Positions 12,291-23,380 of a DNA stretch of 64,000 bases are shown piece by piece. The translations under genes were made by a program, and so were the position numbers. Position 1 is the stretch's first letter. The number at the start of each line of letters is the position of its first letter. Under the pieces are notes generated by a model, which saw only the letters and a program-made list of their open reading frames with translations, searched no databases and was not told where the DNA came from. The stretch is from assembly GCF_018977255.1 (NCBI RefSeq), contig NW_024704742.1:69380001-69444000 (forward strand), given 5' to 3'. This stretch comes from Callorhinchus milii. Taxonomy: Eukaryota.

Positions 12291-14330
12291 ATAAGAACCT
12301 AAGAAATAGGAGCAGGAGTAGGCCATTCGGCCCCTCGAGTCTACCCTGCCATTTAATAAGATCATGGCTGATCTTCTAACTTAATTCCCTTTATCTGCCC
12401 TATCCCCATATCCCTTAATCCCTTTAGTTTTTAAAAATCTATTGATCTCAGTCTTGAATACGTTCAATAACTGAGAATCCACAGCCTTCTGGGGTAGAGA
12501 ATTCCATAAATTCACTACCCTCTGAGTGAAGAAATGTTTCCTCAACTCAGTTCTAAAAGGCTGACATTTAATCCTGAGACTATGACCCCTCGTTTTAGAT
12601 TCTCCAACCAGGGGAGACAGTCTCACAATATCTACCCTGTCAAGACCTTAAGAATCTTATAGGTTTCTATAAGATCATTCCTAATTCTTCTATATTCTAG
12701 AGAATATAGGCCTAGTTTACTCAACCTCTACTTGTAGGTCAACCCCCTCATCCCAGGAACCAACCTAGTGAACGTACGTTGCACCCCCTCTAAGGCAAGT
12801 ATATCCTTTCTTTGATAAGGAGACCAAAGCTGCACACAATACTTTAGGTGTGGTCTCACCAAGGCCCTATACAATTGCAGCAAGACTTCCCTACTCTTGT
12901 ACTCTAACCGCTTTGCAATAAACGCTAACATGCTATTAGCCTTTCTAATTGCTTGCTGTACCTGTATACTAAATTTCTGTGATTGGTGTACAATGACACC
13001 TAAATCTCTCTGAATACTAACACTACCTCGTCTCTTCCCCTCTAGAAAATAATCTGCTTTTCTATTTTTTCTACCTAGGTGAATAACTTCACACTTCCCC
13101 ACATTATACTCCATTTGCCACCTTCTTGCCCACTCACTTAACCTGTCTATATCCCTTTGCATCCTCTTTGTGTCCTCCTCACAGCTTACTTTCCCACCTG
13201 GCTTTGTATCGTCTGCAAATTTAGATACGTTAAGCTCTATTTCCTCATCTAAATCAACGATGTAGTTTGTAAACAGTTGAGGCCCAAGCACTGATCCTTG
13301 TGGCACTCCACTAGTCACAACCTACCAATCTGAGAAGGACCCGTTTTTTCCTACTCTCTGTTTTCTGCCTGCTAACCACTCTTCGATCCATGCTAATATA
13401 TTACCCTTGATTCCATGAGCTCTAATTTTGTGTAACAACCTTTTATGTGGCACCTTGTCGAATGCCTTCTGAAAATCGAACTACACTATATCCATTGGAT
13501 CCCCCTATCTAACCTTCTGGTTACATCTTCAAAAAACTCTAAAAGATTTATTAAACATGATTTCCCTTTCGTAAGACTGTTGACTCTGCCTAATCATATT
13601 ATGACTTTCTAAGTGCCCCACTATGATGTCCCTAATTATAGACTATAACCAATGTCAGGCTAATTGGTCTATAGTTCCCCATTTTTTCTCTCCCACCCTT
13701 CTTAAATAGTGGTGTTACTTTTGCGACCTTCCAATCAACGGGAACCGTTCTAGAATCCAGGGAATTTTGGAAGATCAAAAGCAATGTATCCACTATCTCT
13801 ACAGCTACCTCTTTTAAAACCCTAGGATGCAGCCCATCAGGTTCAGGGGATTTATCAGATTTTAGTCCCATCAATTTCTCTAGTACTATTACTTTACTGA
13901 TATTAATTTCTTGAAGTTCCCCACTATTTTTGGTAAGTTTTTAGTATCCATCCGACAGAAGCAAAATATTTGTTTAGTGACTGCCATTTCTTTATTCCCC
14001 ATTATAATTTCTCCTGTCTGTGCCTATAAGGGACTCACATTTATTTTTGTTAATCTCTTCCTCTTTATATACTTGTGAAAGCTCTGTCTATCATTATATC
14101 TCTAGCTAGTTTACTCTCATATTCCATTCTCTCTCTCTGAATCAGTTTCTTGGTTATCTTTTGCTCATTTCTAAAGCCCTCCCAATCCTCAGGTTTACAG
14201 CTTTTTTTTGGCAATATTATAAGCCTCTTCTTTTAACTTTATACTTTCTTTAACTTCTCTAGTTAGCCATGGTTGAACCACTTTTCCCGTGGAATTTTTA
14301 TTTCTCAAGGGAATATGCGTTTGCTGGGAA
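12291..14330 (-). mobile_element. CR1-clade LINE fragment (RT)
   Basis: [41 protein letters not shown]...FFTQRVVNLWNSLP; TTCTTA(T/G)-type tail at 12291. Confidence 0.9.
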
Positions 14331-15130
14331 TTATATAATATATCTATATAATATATCCTCCATCTCTATTGACCCCAACTCCAGCTTGGGTCCAAATCCC
14401 TGACTGTCCAAGGTGAAAGGTGCTATACAAATGTAATTTGCTGCTGCTGTTGTTGCACGTGTGTATGCATGTTATGGAGGCATGTAATTGAGGGTTACAT
14501 TGGTCTCAGCAATGAAGCATTGATGAGCCTGACTGTCAACAACAACAACAACTTGGATTTATATAGCGCCCTCCATGCCGGACGGCGTCTCAGAGCACTT
14601 CACAGTAATGGATCCTGGGGCCGAGCCAGGGGAAGGAGGTGACCAAAGGCACAGTCGAAAAGAAAGGTCTTCAGCCGAGACCTGAAAATAGGAAGAGACG
14701 GGGCGAGGCAAAAGGAGAGAGGAAGGGAGTTGAGGGATTGACAGTCACCATTCCCTCAACTCCCTCAAACAAAGAATACTCAGGTCATAATAATATAATA
14801 ATAATCTTTGTACATGAGCACCTTATCACCTTGTCGAGATATCTCAAAGCTCTTCACGAGAAAGTGATGTGACTGTGTATTTTTGTGAGCAAACAGGGCA
14901 GCCAAACTGCACACACCCAATGTCCCACAAACACCCACAAAATGAATGGCCCATTTTATGTGGGGGATTGTTGGCCAGGATACTGGGAGAAACTCCGTTC
15001 TCTATTCAAGTTGAGCCATGGGATCTTTGTGGTCCACCTGAGGTTAGTAACAAAGTGTTGACAGGTGCTCCTTGGGTCAGTGGTAGCACAATTGCCTCTG
15101 ATCCAGAAGATTGTGAGTTCAAACTCAACA

Positions 15131-15441
15131 GTCCTGTAGCTCAGTGGTTAGAACAATCGCCTTGCAAGTGAGACACCTGGGTTCAATTCCAGGCAGGGTG
15201 AAACCTTGGGCAAGTTTCCTTACTCCACACGCCTAATAATAATCCCTACAAAACAAAACAATAAATATATTGTTAATTTTCAGTCCACGACTGTTTGTGG
15301 GACACTGCTGTGCGCAATTGGCTTCCGGGTTCGCCCACAAATATACATTCAATTCACTTTACAGCATATTCTGTGAAGCGCTTTGAGACATCTGGAAGAT
15401 GTGGAAAGCGCTATATCAAATGCAAGGATTATTATTATTAT
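15131..15441 (+). mobile_element. tRNA-derived SINE (short form) nested in an older DeuSINE-like element
   Basis: GTCCTGTAGCTCAGTGGTTAG head to GGATTATTATT tail. Confidence 0.85.
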
Positions 15442-15680
15442 AACAGAATATCAGAACTTGAACTCACATAGTCTACGCTGACACTCCAATGCAGTGCTGG
15501 GGTGAGCTGCATTGTTGAAAGTGCTGACCTTCGGTTGAGACATTAAAGTGAGCCATGGTTCAAGAGAACTTTAAAGATCTCATTGTGCTTTCAAAAAGAA
15601 ACGGAAATTTCTTGGGGTCCTGGCCATCCCCCAAATAAAATGTGTTAGTCACTCCATGGCTGTCTGCGGGACATTGGTGT

Positions 15681-16119
15681 GTGCAAACTCACTGCTGTAT
15701 TTGCCCACAATACACAGTAAATCCTGTGAAACACTTTGGGGTGTCCTCCCAATGTGGAACGATGACACTCAAATCCAGTGCTGGAGCAGTGTGATGGGGG
15801 GAGTGCTGCATGGACGGAGGTGCAATCCTTCAGATGGAGACATTAAACTGACTTTCTGTCTGCTGTTCAGTCAATCCTTGCTGTACTAAATGTGAGGATT
15901 ATCATTATTATTATCATAGACTCAGCACCTTCAGGAGAGGAGACACATCTGAGGTTAGGGTACAAGCGCATTGCTGAGTAAGCACTAAGGCAATTACCTT
16001 GTATAATGAGTTAATAATTGAATAAGAGTCATATAACAATGGGCCCACTTATCACATGAAGGTGCTGCAATGCCTTGAAAGGAGAGCAGTAATTTGGAAA
16101 GGGGCCTTCTACTCCATCA
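15681..16119 (+). pseudogene. Orphan duplicate of the FABP1 copy B promoter/5'UTR with no coding exon
   Basis: Collinear with 16903-17343; ends at ACTCCATCA where an antisense L2 tail begins; TATA-like TTTAAA changed to TTGAAA. Confidence 0.75.
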
Positions 16120-16902
16120 ACAACAACAACAAGAGTCCATTTATAGAGCGCCTTTCACGTCGGGAGGACGTCCCAAGGCGCTGTACAGTTGGGTCAGGAC
16201 CCGAGCAGGGGGGAAATGGTCAGGGTGAGGGGAGGGAAAGGGAGGGAGCGAGGAGGGGGTAGAGAGTCGAGAGGGGAGCTGAAGGCACGGTCAAAGAGAA
16301 AGGTCTTGAGACCGGCCTTGAAGGAGGAAAGGGAGGAAGCGGCGAAGGCACTGGGGGATGGAGTTCCAGAGCCTCGGGGCTGAGAGCCCGGGCACCGATG
16401 GTAGGGCGGTTGGGGCGGGGGATGTGGAGCAGACCGGAGCCGGAGGAACGGAGGGTACGGGCAGGCAGGTAGGGGGATAGTAGGTCGGAGAGGTAGGAGG
16501 GAGCAAGGCCGTGAATGGTCTTGTAGGTGAGGATGAGGATCTTGAATTCGATCCTCTGGGGGATGGGGAGCCAGTGGAGGCGAGCGAGGGTGGGAGTGAT
16601 GTGGTCCCGAAGCCTGGTGCGGGACAGTACACGAGCTGCAGAGTTCTGAATGACCTGCAGCTTGTGGAGGGAGGTGCCGGGAAGGCCGGCGAGGAGAGAG
16701 TTCCCATAGTCCAGCCTTGAGATGATAAAGGCGTGGACCAGAGTTTAAGCAGCGTGAGGGGTGAGGTAGTGCCGTAGTCTGGCGATATTCCGGAGGTAAT
16801 GGAAGGCGGTGCCAGTTGTGGCGCGGATATGAGGGAGAAAGGACAACTCAGGGTCAAACAGAACACCAAGGTTCCTGACTGGCTTTGAGAGGTGGAGAGT
16901 GC
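16118..16902 (-). mobile_element. 5'-truncated young L2 LINE
   Basis: Nearly identical by eye to 2232-3016; (GTT)n tail. Confidence 0.9.
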
Positions 16903-17233
16903 GTGCAAACTGACTGCTATGTTCTCCAACAAATACACAGTAACTGCACCTCATACTAAATCTTGTTAAGTGCTTTGGACGTCTTCCCGACGTGAAAGGA
17001 AAACATTCAAATGCAGTGCTTGGATAGTGTGATGCTGCATTGCTGGAGGTGCCATCCTTCAGGTGGAAACATTAAACTGACTCCCTGTCTGACTGTTCAG
17101 TCAATCCTTGCTGTACCAATTGCAAGGATTATTATTATTATCGACTCAGCACCTTCAGGAGAGGAGACACGTCTGAGGTTAGGGTATAAGAGCATTGCTG
17201 TGTAAGCACTAAGGCAATTACCTTGTATAATAA

Positions 17234-17304
17234 GTTAATAATTGAATAAGGGTCATATAACAATGGGCCCACTTATCACATGAAGGTGCTGCAATCCCTT
17301 TAAA
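17234..17304 (+). promoter_or_regulatory. FABP1 copy B proximal promoter: HNF1-like, GATA and TATA-like sites
   Basis: GTTAATAATTGAA 17234-17246, GGGTCA half-site, CTTATC (GATA) 17272-17277, TTTAAA 17299-17304 in the same context as the copy A TATA. Confidence 0.6.
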
Positions 17305-17357
17305 GGAGAGCAGTAAGTTGGGAAGAGACCTTCTACTCCATCAGACAGAGAGAAAGA

Positions 17358-17433
17358 ATGTCAGTCGTGTCCTTCACTGGGAAGTATGAGCTGGAAAGCC
17401 AGGAGAACTTTGAGCCCTTTATGAAAGCTATCG
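17358..17433 (+). CDS. FABP1: FABP1 copy B exon 1 (coding part)
   Basis: [25 protein letters not shown]+G, donor GTGAG at 17434. Confidence 0.9.
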
Positions 17434-20400
17434 GTGAGCTAATCTCCTTGAAATGCAGTAATTCTGTACACTCTGTGTGGGTGTGCATATGGGGTTGGGG
17501 GTGCGTGTGTGCGGGTGGGGAGCTGTGGGTGGGAACTGTGGGTGTGCATATGGTGAGGTATTGTTATTCTGCCTCTTGCCAATTTTTGACCTACAAGTGC
17601 CTGAGTGTGTGTGAGATATTTCTGCAAATTGAAACCGAGAGATAGGTTAAAGACCAAGTCTTAAGGTATTGCCCAACCGTAGTCTAAACTGCCACTCAAA
17701 TGTAGTACTGGGGGGGAGGGGAGATAAGTTGATGGAGGAGCACTGCTTTGTTGGATGAGACATTAAAATGTGTTCCTACCCATCTGTTCAGGTGGCACCA
17801 TTTAAAAAGAGAAAGAAGGTTTGTGGAGTCCTGTAGCTCAGTGGTTAGAGCACTCGCTTTGCAAGCAAGAGACCCGAGTTCAATTCCAGGCAGGGCGAAA
17901 TCTTGGGCAAGTTTCCTTACTCCACACGCCTAATAATAATCCTTCCAAAAACAATAATAAATTGGTCATTTTCAATCTACGACTGTTTGTGGGACATTGC
18001 TGTGCGCAATTGGCTGCCGCGTTTGCCCACAAATACAGTCAATTCACTTTACAGTGTGTTCTGTGAAGCACTTTGGGACGTTCTCCCGACGTGAAAAGCG
18101 CTATATCAAATGCAAGGATTATTATTATTATCAAGGTTCTCCCGGTGTCCCAGCTAATAATCCCTGAATAAAATTTATCAATCAACTTTGTGGCTGTTTG
18201 AGACATTAATTGCTGCAAATTGTCTGCCTTGTTTGCCTACACATAAATGTTACAGTAAACTCTGAAGCGCTCTGAGGCAGTTTGAAGTGAAAGGAGTATA
18301 TCAAATGCAAGGATTATTATTATTATTAGCATCACGAATAGTGTGTGTGCCTGAGATACCGGGCTGCTTGGGAAGTCTGCGTGGGATATGAAATTGGCCG
18401 TACTAAATGCGAGGATTATTATTTTTATTAACTTCATGATTGTTTGCGAGACACTGCTGTGCATTTGCTTACAGAATACACAGTCACTATGCTTCACAGT
18501 AATCCTGTGATGCACTTTGATATGTCCTCCTGACATGAAAGGTGCTGTATAACATGGAAGGATTATTATTAGTATTATTATGACCTTTAATCATTTCTAG
18601 GTCTCTCAGATGAGATGCTTAAGAGAAGCAAAGACATCAGCAGAGTTTCTGAAATTGTCCAAAACGGAGACCATTTCAAAATAGTGACCAAAGTTGGCAG
18701 CGATGTGCACACCAATGAATTCACTCTGGGCAAAGAGACTGACATTCAAACCTACACTGGACAGAAGATCAAGGTAACTCATTCCATGGGCCACGCCATG
18801 TGGATTAGCTTCCTGTTAGCTCGGCTCAGTTTTATATCACTCACCAATGATCCAAAGGTTGTGGATTGAAGCCCACGTGATAGGGAGACTTTAAATCTTA
18901 TGGTCTCAGGTGACCATGTCAGATTAGAAGGAACTTTTTCACAGAGTGGTGAATGGTGGAATTCTCTGCCAGTCAGTTGTTGCGGTGGCAACCATGTGCG
19001 CATTCAAAAAAAATGACTAGCCACGTAGTTAAGAGACAATAACATAAGTCCTGTAGCGTAGTGGTTAGAGCACTTGCCTCGCAAGCGAGAGGATCCGAGT
19101 TCGATTCCTGGGCAAGATGAAACCTTAGCCAAGTTTGCTTACTCCACACGCCTCTTTACCTAGCTATAAGTAGGAACCCCGTTCGTAGTTGATTGGCGGA
19201 TCGCTTTCCGGCAGTAATCTCTTCAAAAAATAATTAAAAACAATTTGTGTGCAATTGGTTGCCTCCTTTTGCCCACAAAATACGCAGTCAATTAATTTTA
19301 CGGTATATTCTGTGAAGCGCTTTGAGACATCCTAATGATGTAATAAGGCGCTATATTAAATGTATGGATTATTATAATAATAGTTATGCAGAAGATATGG
19401 ACAAAAAGACGAGTTTATGGGACTAGGGATCTGATCTAGGATGTGGATTATAAATACTGGCTAGACTGGATAGGCTAAATGGCCTGTTTCTGAGCTGTAG
19501 CTTTTATGGATCTGTGATAACGAGCTGTACCAAATGCAAGCATTATTTTACTCAACTGGGTCCTCTTGTTTGAAGGACTAATGATGGATCATCTTTTTCC
19601 TTAACCAGGCAATAATCACCCTTGAAGGCAATAAACTGATCGGCAAAATGAAAGAGATGAGCTCAGTTACCGAACTGCTGGGAGACAAACTGATTAGCGT
19701 AAGTTGCTGTAACTGGGGGTGGTTGTGGGTCTCGTGATTGAGAGCTTTGACCAAGGTCACCCATCTCGTGGCGGATTGTCAGCACGTGAAATGTGTCTAA
19801 TGGGGGTCACTGAGCAAGCTAAATTAAGGGGGAGAAATTCATTTTACCTGGGTTGAAACTTACTTTGTTTTCTTGCCGTTTTGCAGCATGCAGATTTTGT
19901 TAGTGTTTTAAATCCAGCTTTTTTTTTTGATGCTGTCTTTCCTCTTTGACCATGCTTTTGGTCAACTTTGTTGATTTATCACAAGCTGAATTTCAATGTA
20001 ACACTGCTGAGATCAACAGTAAACTAGTTGCTGCAGCACACACAAAGAATACAAGCTGAATAGACGTCTGTATCAGTGCAGCTGAATTTGCTAAGGATTG
20101 ACATGTGTCTGATTTACAATGCAATACAATTTACACTTGGTGAGCGCCTTTCATATAGGGAGGATGTCCCAAAGCGCTAGACAATTCTGGCTGAGGACCG
20201 ACTCTGGGTGGGGGGTAGGCTGGGTGGTGAGGAGAGGAAAGATGACTGAAATGCGTTTCAAGACATACCTTGCAACGACAAAATTACATTTGTATAGCGC
20301 CTTTCACGTAAGGAGGACGTCCGAAGGGAGGGAATCGGAGGCACTTCGGAATGGAGTTCCAGAGAGCAAAACGCTGTCGCTGAAAGCCTTTCTGCCAATA

Positions 20401-20574
20401 AGCACTGTGGGACTTGGACTGTTCTAAGTTAGGATGAATAAAGCATAGGAGGTGTAGTTGGCCTGTGTCCGCTCAGCAAAGGGAATGGTCAGATTGAGTT
20501 TTTTTGTTATCTCGTTCCAGACAATGACTGCCGGAGATATCGTTTACAAGAGCATCAGCAAAAGGATCAGCTGA
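17358..20574 (+). CDS. FABP1: Liver-type fatty acid-binding protein, copy B; join(17358..17433,18601..18773,19609..19698,20521..20574), 130 aa
   Basis: Spliced product [130 protein letters not shown]. Intact frame, GT-AG introns in FABP phases, AATAAA at 20639. Confidence 0.92.
17823..18131 (+). mobile_element. tRNA-derived SINE (short form), full length
   Basis: TAGCTCAGTGG A box, GTTCAATTC B box, Ala-like TGC loop, L2 tail. Confidence 0.9.
18601..18773 (+). CDS. FABP1: FABP1 copy B exon 2
   Basis: TTTCTAG acceptor, 173 nt, GTAAC donor. Confidence 0.92.
19047..19380 (+). mobile_element. tRNA-derived SINE (long form)
   Basis: Head plus CTCTTTACCTAGCTATAAGTAGGAACC segment and tail. Confidence 0.8.
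19609..19698 (+). CDS. FABP1: FABP1 copy B exon 3
   Basis: ACCAG acceptor, 90 nt (one codon shorter than A and C), GTAAG donor. Confidence 0.92.
20521..20574 (+). CDS. FABP1: FABP1 copy B exon 4 (coding part)
   Basis: TTCCAG acceptor, [17 protein letters not shown]. Confidence 0.92.
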   Translation, partial: TMTAGDIVYKSISKRIS

Positions 20575-20638
20575 ATTTAGAGCAAAGTGCCGTGTGCAGT
20601 TGTTAATGTGTGGCTTATTGTACAACAAACTAAAATAC

Positions 20639-20644
20639 AATAAA
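20639..20644 (+). terminator. Polyadenylation signal, FABP1 copy B
   Basis: AATAAA about 65 nt after the stop, followed by T/GT-rich sequence. Confidence 0.7.
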
Positions 20645-22552
20645 CTGATTTTTTTCCTGACACACAGGTGGTTGTTCCCTTTCCTTAGCCCTTTGAGATA
20701 ACACAGTGCATTTTCAACTTGTAACAAAATTTACATATCCATAGAGCACAGAAACAGGCCACTCAGCCCAACCCATCTGTGTTGGTGTTAATACTCCACA
20801 TCAGCATCCGCCCACTCCTTACTCCCTCCGATACCCTTCGGTTCCCTTCTCCCTCACTTGTCTATTTTTCTTTTTTGTGGGGGGAAAATTGGTTGTCAGG
20901 CCCTGGCAACTCCTTACCTCTCTGTTCTGCTCACACCGCACTCCTCTACCCGGCACCCTTGCTCAACTGGCACAGATCTGCTACATGACCATCTGCTCCA
21001 CCATTGCCAGCCACTGTGCCCCGAATCTCAAACTCCCTGTCTCAATCCCTTTGGCTTGTCTCCATCTTCATAGATGCCTGTTTTCAAATCACACCTGAAG
21101 ACTTGGTTCTTGAACTGTGCCTTCAGTCACCACTTCTCCTTTCCAGCTTGGCATCATGCCACACTGCCGTTAGTAATAATCCTTGCATTTGATATAGTCT
21201 TATCCTGTCTTTGAGACATCTCAATGCAATCAAAGAATTTACTGTAAAGTGAATTGACTGTATATTTTGTGGGTGAATCGCACTAGCCAATTGTGCACAG
21301 CTGTGTCCCAAAAACAATCATGGATTGAAGTGACCCATTTATTTTTTTAAGAAATTATTACCCCTGAAAAAGTGATCTAGCAATTAATTAACAACCAGGT
21401 TCCTGCTTACTGCTAGGTAAACAGAGGTTGTGTGGAGTAAGGAAACTTGCCCAACATTTCACTCTGCCGGGAATTGAACCCAGGTCTTTCGGTTACTGGA
21501 TGGATGTCCCAAAACCTTAGGCAAAAAAAACCTTACTCCACATGCCTCTGTTTACCCAGGAGTAAGTAGGAATCTAGTTGTTCGTCGTAATTCCCCCAAA
21601 AAAGAATTTGGACACTCAATCAACGACTGTTTGTGGGAGACTGCTGTGTGCAATTGGCTGCTGTGTTTACCCACAAAACAGTTAATTCACTTTACAATAT
21701 ATAGTATTCTGTCCAGATGTCTCAACAACATAAGGTGCTATATCAATTGCAAGTATTATATTTATTATAAGTTTAACTGTATTTAGACATCCAGATGTCC
21801 AGAGAATTGGTGTGAGTGAGCGCAATCATTTTCATAGCAGATAATGATCTATCACCATGTTCGGTATGACATCTTCTGAAACATGATGGTGTGATGAGCC
21901 AAAATGCATCTCTGACAACTTGTTTCATTTCCTCTGTAGTCTCATATCAGTGTTTTGTAATAGGAGGGTAAGAAGACTTTGTGATTACCCTGCACATTGA
22001 GAAGCCAGGCCCTAGTGAAATAACAGTCTGAAGACAGCACAGTCTGAGTGCAGCAGAAAAAGAAAATGCTTCAATTCAGTCCGTTACCTTTTCAGCTGCA
22101 GAATGTACTGAGATAATCAGAACTCATAAACTCATCTAGTTAGCTTCCATTACATCAAATTGGAAACAGAACACTTTCAATTAAAAACCTCTGCTACAAT
22201 ATTGCTCCTGGGATTGTCATTGGGCTTCCTATAAATTGTCTCCTTCAATCTTCTCCCATTATTCTGTGTTTCTGTTGAAGGTGTGAGTAAAATATTTTCT
22301 CTGTTTTTGAACAAAAATCTCAGCTTCTTGTTTGTCATTATTTGTTTGATGAAGATTTGAGCAATTTCATAATCTAGCTGTGATTTGTAACAGAATTTGA
22401 TTCCATACTGTTTCCACAAAATCTACTTTTTAGTTTAATTACAAACTCTCCTGCCTTTTCTAAATTTCTGAATGACTTTAAGAGTGGCTACAAAATGTAT
22501 TTAAGGCTTGAGTCTGTTTTTAAGGCCTATATACCAAGCCTTTTTATGGTGG

Positions 22553-22830
22553 CAGCCTAGCTCAGCAGATTGTGCTCTTACCTTGGAGTCAGAAGATTGT
22601 GGATTCAAGTTCCACCACGGGGCTTTGAGCTCACAGTCTCGGTTGATGCTCTAGGGCATTGTTGGAGGTGCTGTTTTCCAGATGAGATGTTAAACTGAGA
22701 TCCTGTCTACCTGCTTGGGTGGATGTTAAAAGATCCCATGGTGCTATTCATAAAGAGAAGGGAGTTTCTCACAGTGGTCTTAGCCAACAATCCCCACATA
22801 AAATTGGTCACTCACTTCATGGCTGTCTGG
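22553..22830 (+). mobile_element. Older DeuSINE (SacSINE1-like) element; related copies at about 11165-11555 (-), 26000-26360 (+), 50020-50350 (+), 61100-61320 (-)
   Basis: GAGTCAGAAGATTGTGG.TTCAAG head, GATGAGATGTTAAAC...AAAGATCCCATGG...GGGAGTTTCTC central block recalled from Deu-domain SINEs; family name is an inference. Confidence 0.6.
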
Positions 22831-23313
22831 TACAAAACCCTCATTCTCACATTCAAAGCCCTACACCGTCTTGCTCCTCCGACCTCCTAACCCCATATCA
22901 GCCTGTCCAATCCCTCTGCTGGCAGACACCTGCCAGCTTCAGGTCCCTCGCACTTACCATCCCAACCATTGGTGGTCAGACATTCAGCATCTCTGCCGCC
23001 ATACTCTGGAACTTTATCCCACAATCCCTCCACCTTATCCCTCCTCTTGCAAGTCCTGTCTAAAGACCTTCCTCTTCGATTGTGCATTCATTCCATCCCC
23101 TACCCTCCACCCCTCCAGACCCCCAAAACGCTGACTGTTCAGTGCCTTATGATGTCTTTCTGAAGTGAAGGGCACTGTAAGTTGTTGTCTGTAAGACTTT
23201 GCTGTGTGCAAACTGTCTGTGAATTTACTTATAAAATAGTTACAATAAATCCTTTGATTTATATTTTGACATGTGAATGTAAGTTCTCTCTCTGGACAGA
23301 CAGCACATCTACT

Positions 23314-23380
23314 ATGGATTTCTCTGGCCAATATGAGCTCCAAAGCCAGGAGAATGCTGTACCATTCATGAAGGCCATGG
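23314..23380 (+). CDS. FABP1: FABP1 copy C first coding exon
   Basis: [22 protein letters not shown]+G, donor GTAAG at 23381. Confidence 0.9.

Noticed and set aside
17823..17900. tRNA-Ala-like gene
   Set aside because: It is the head of a multi-copy SINE; the acceptor stem is poor and it continues into the SINE body. The same applies to all similar heads.
17358..20574. Copy B as FABP10 or FABP6 because of its 90-nt exon 3
   Set aside because: The rest of the sequence ([38 protein letters not shown]), promoter homology to copy A and tandem position favour FABP1; a phylogeny would settle it.
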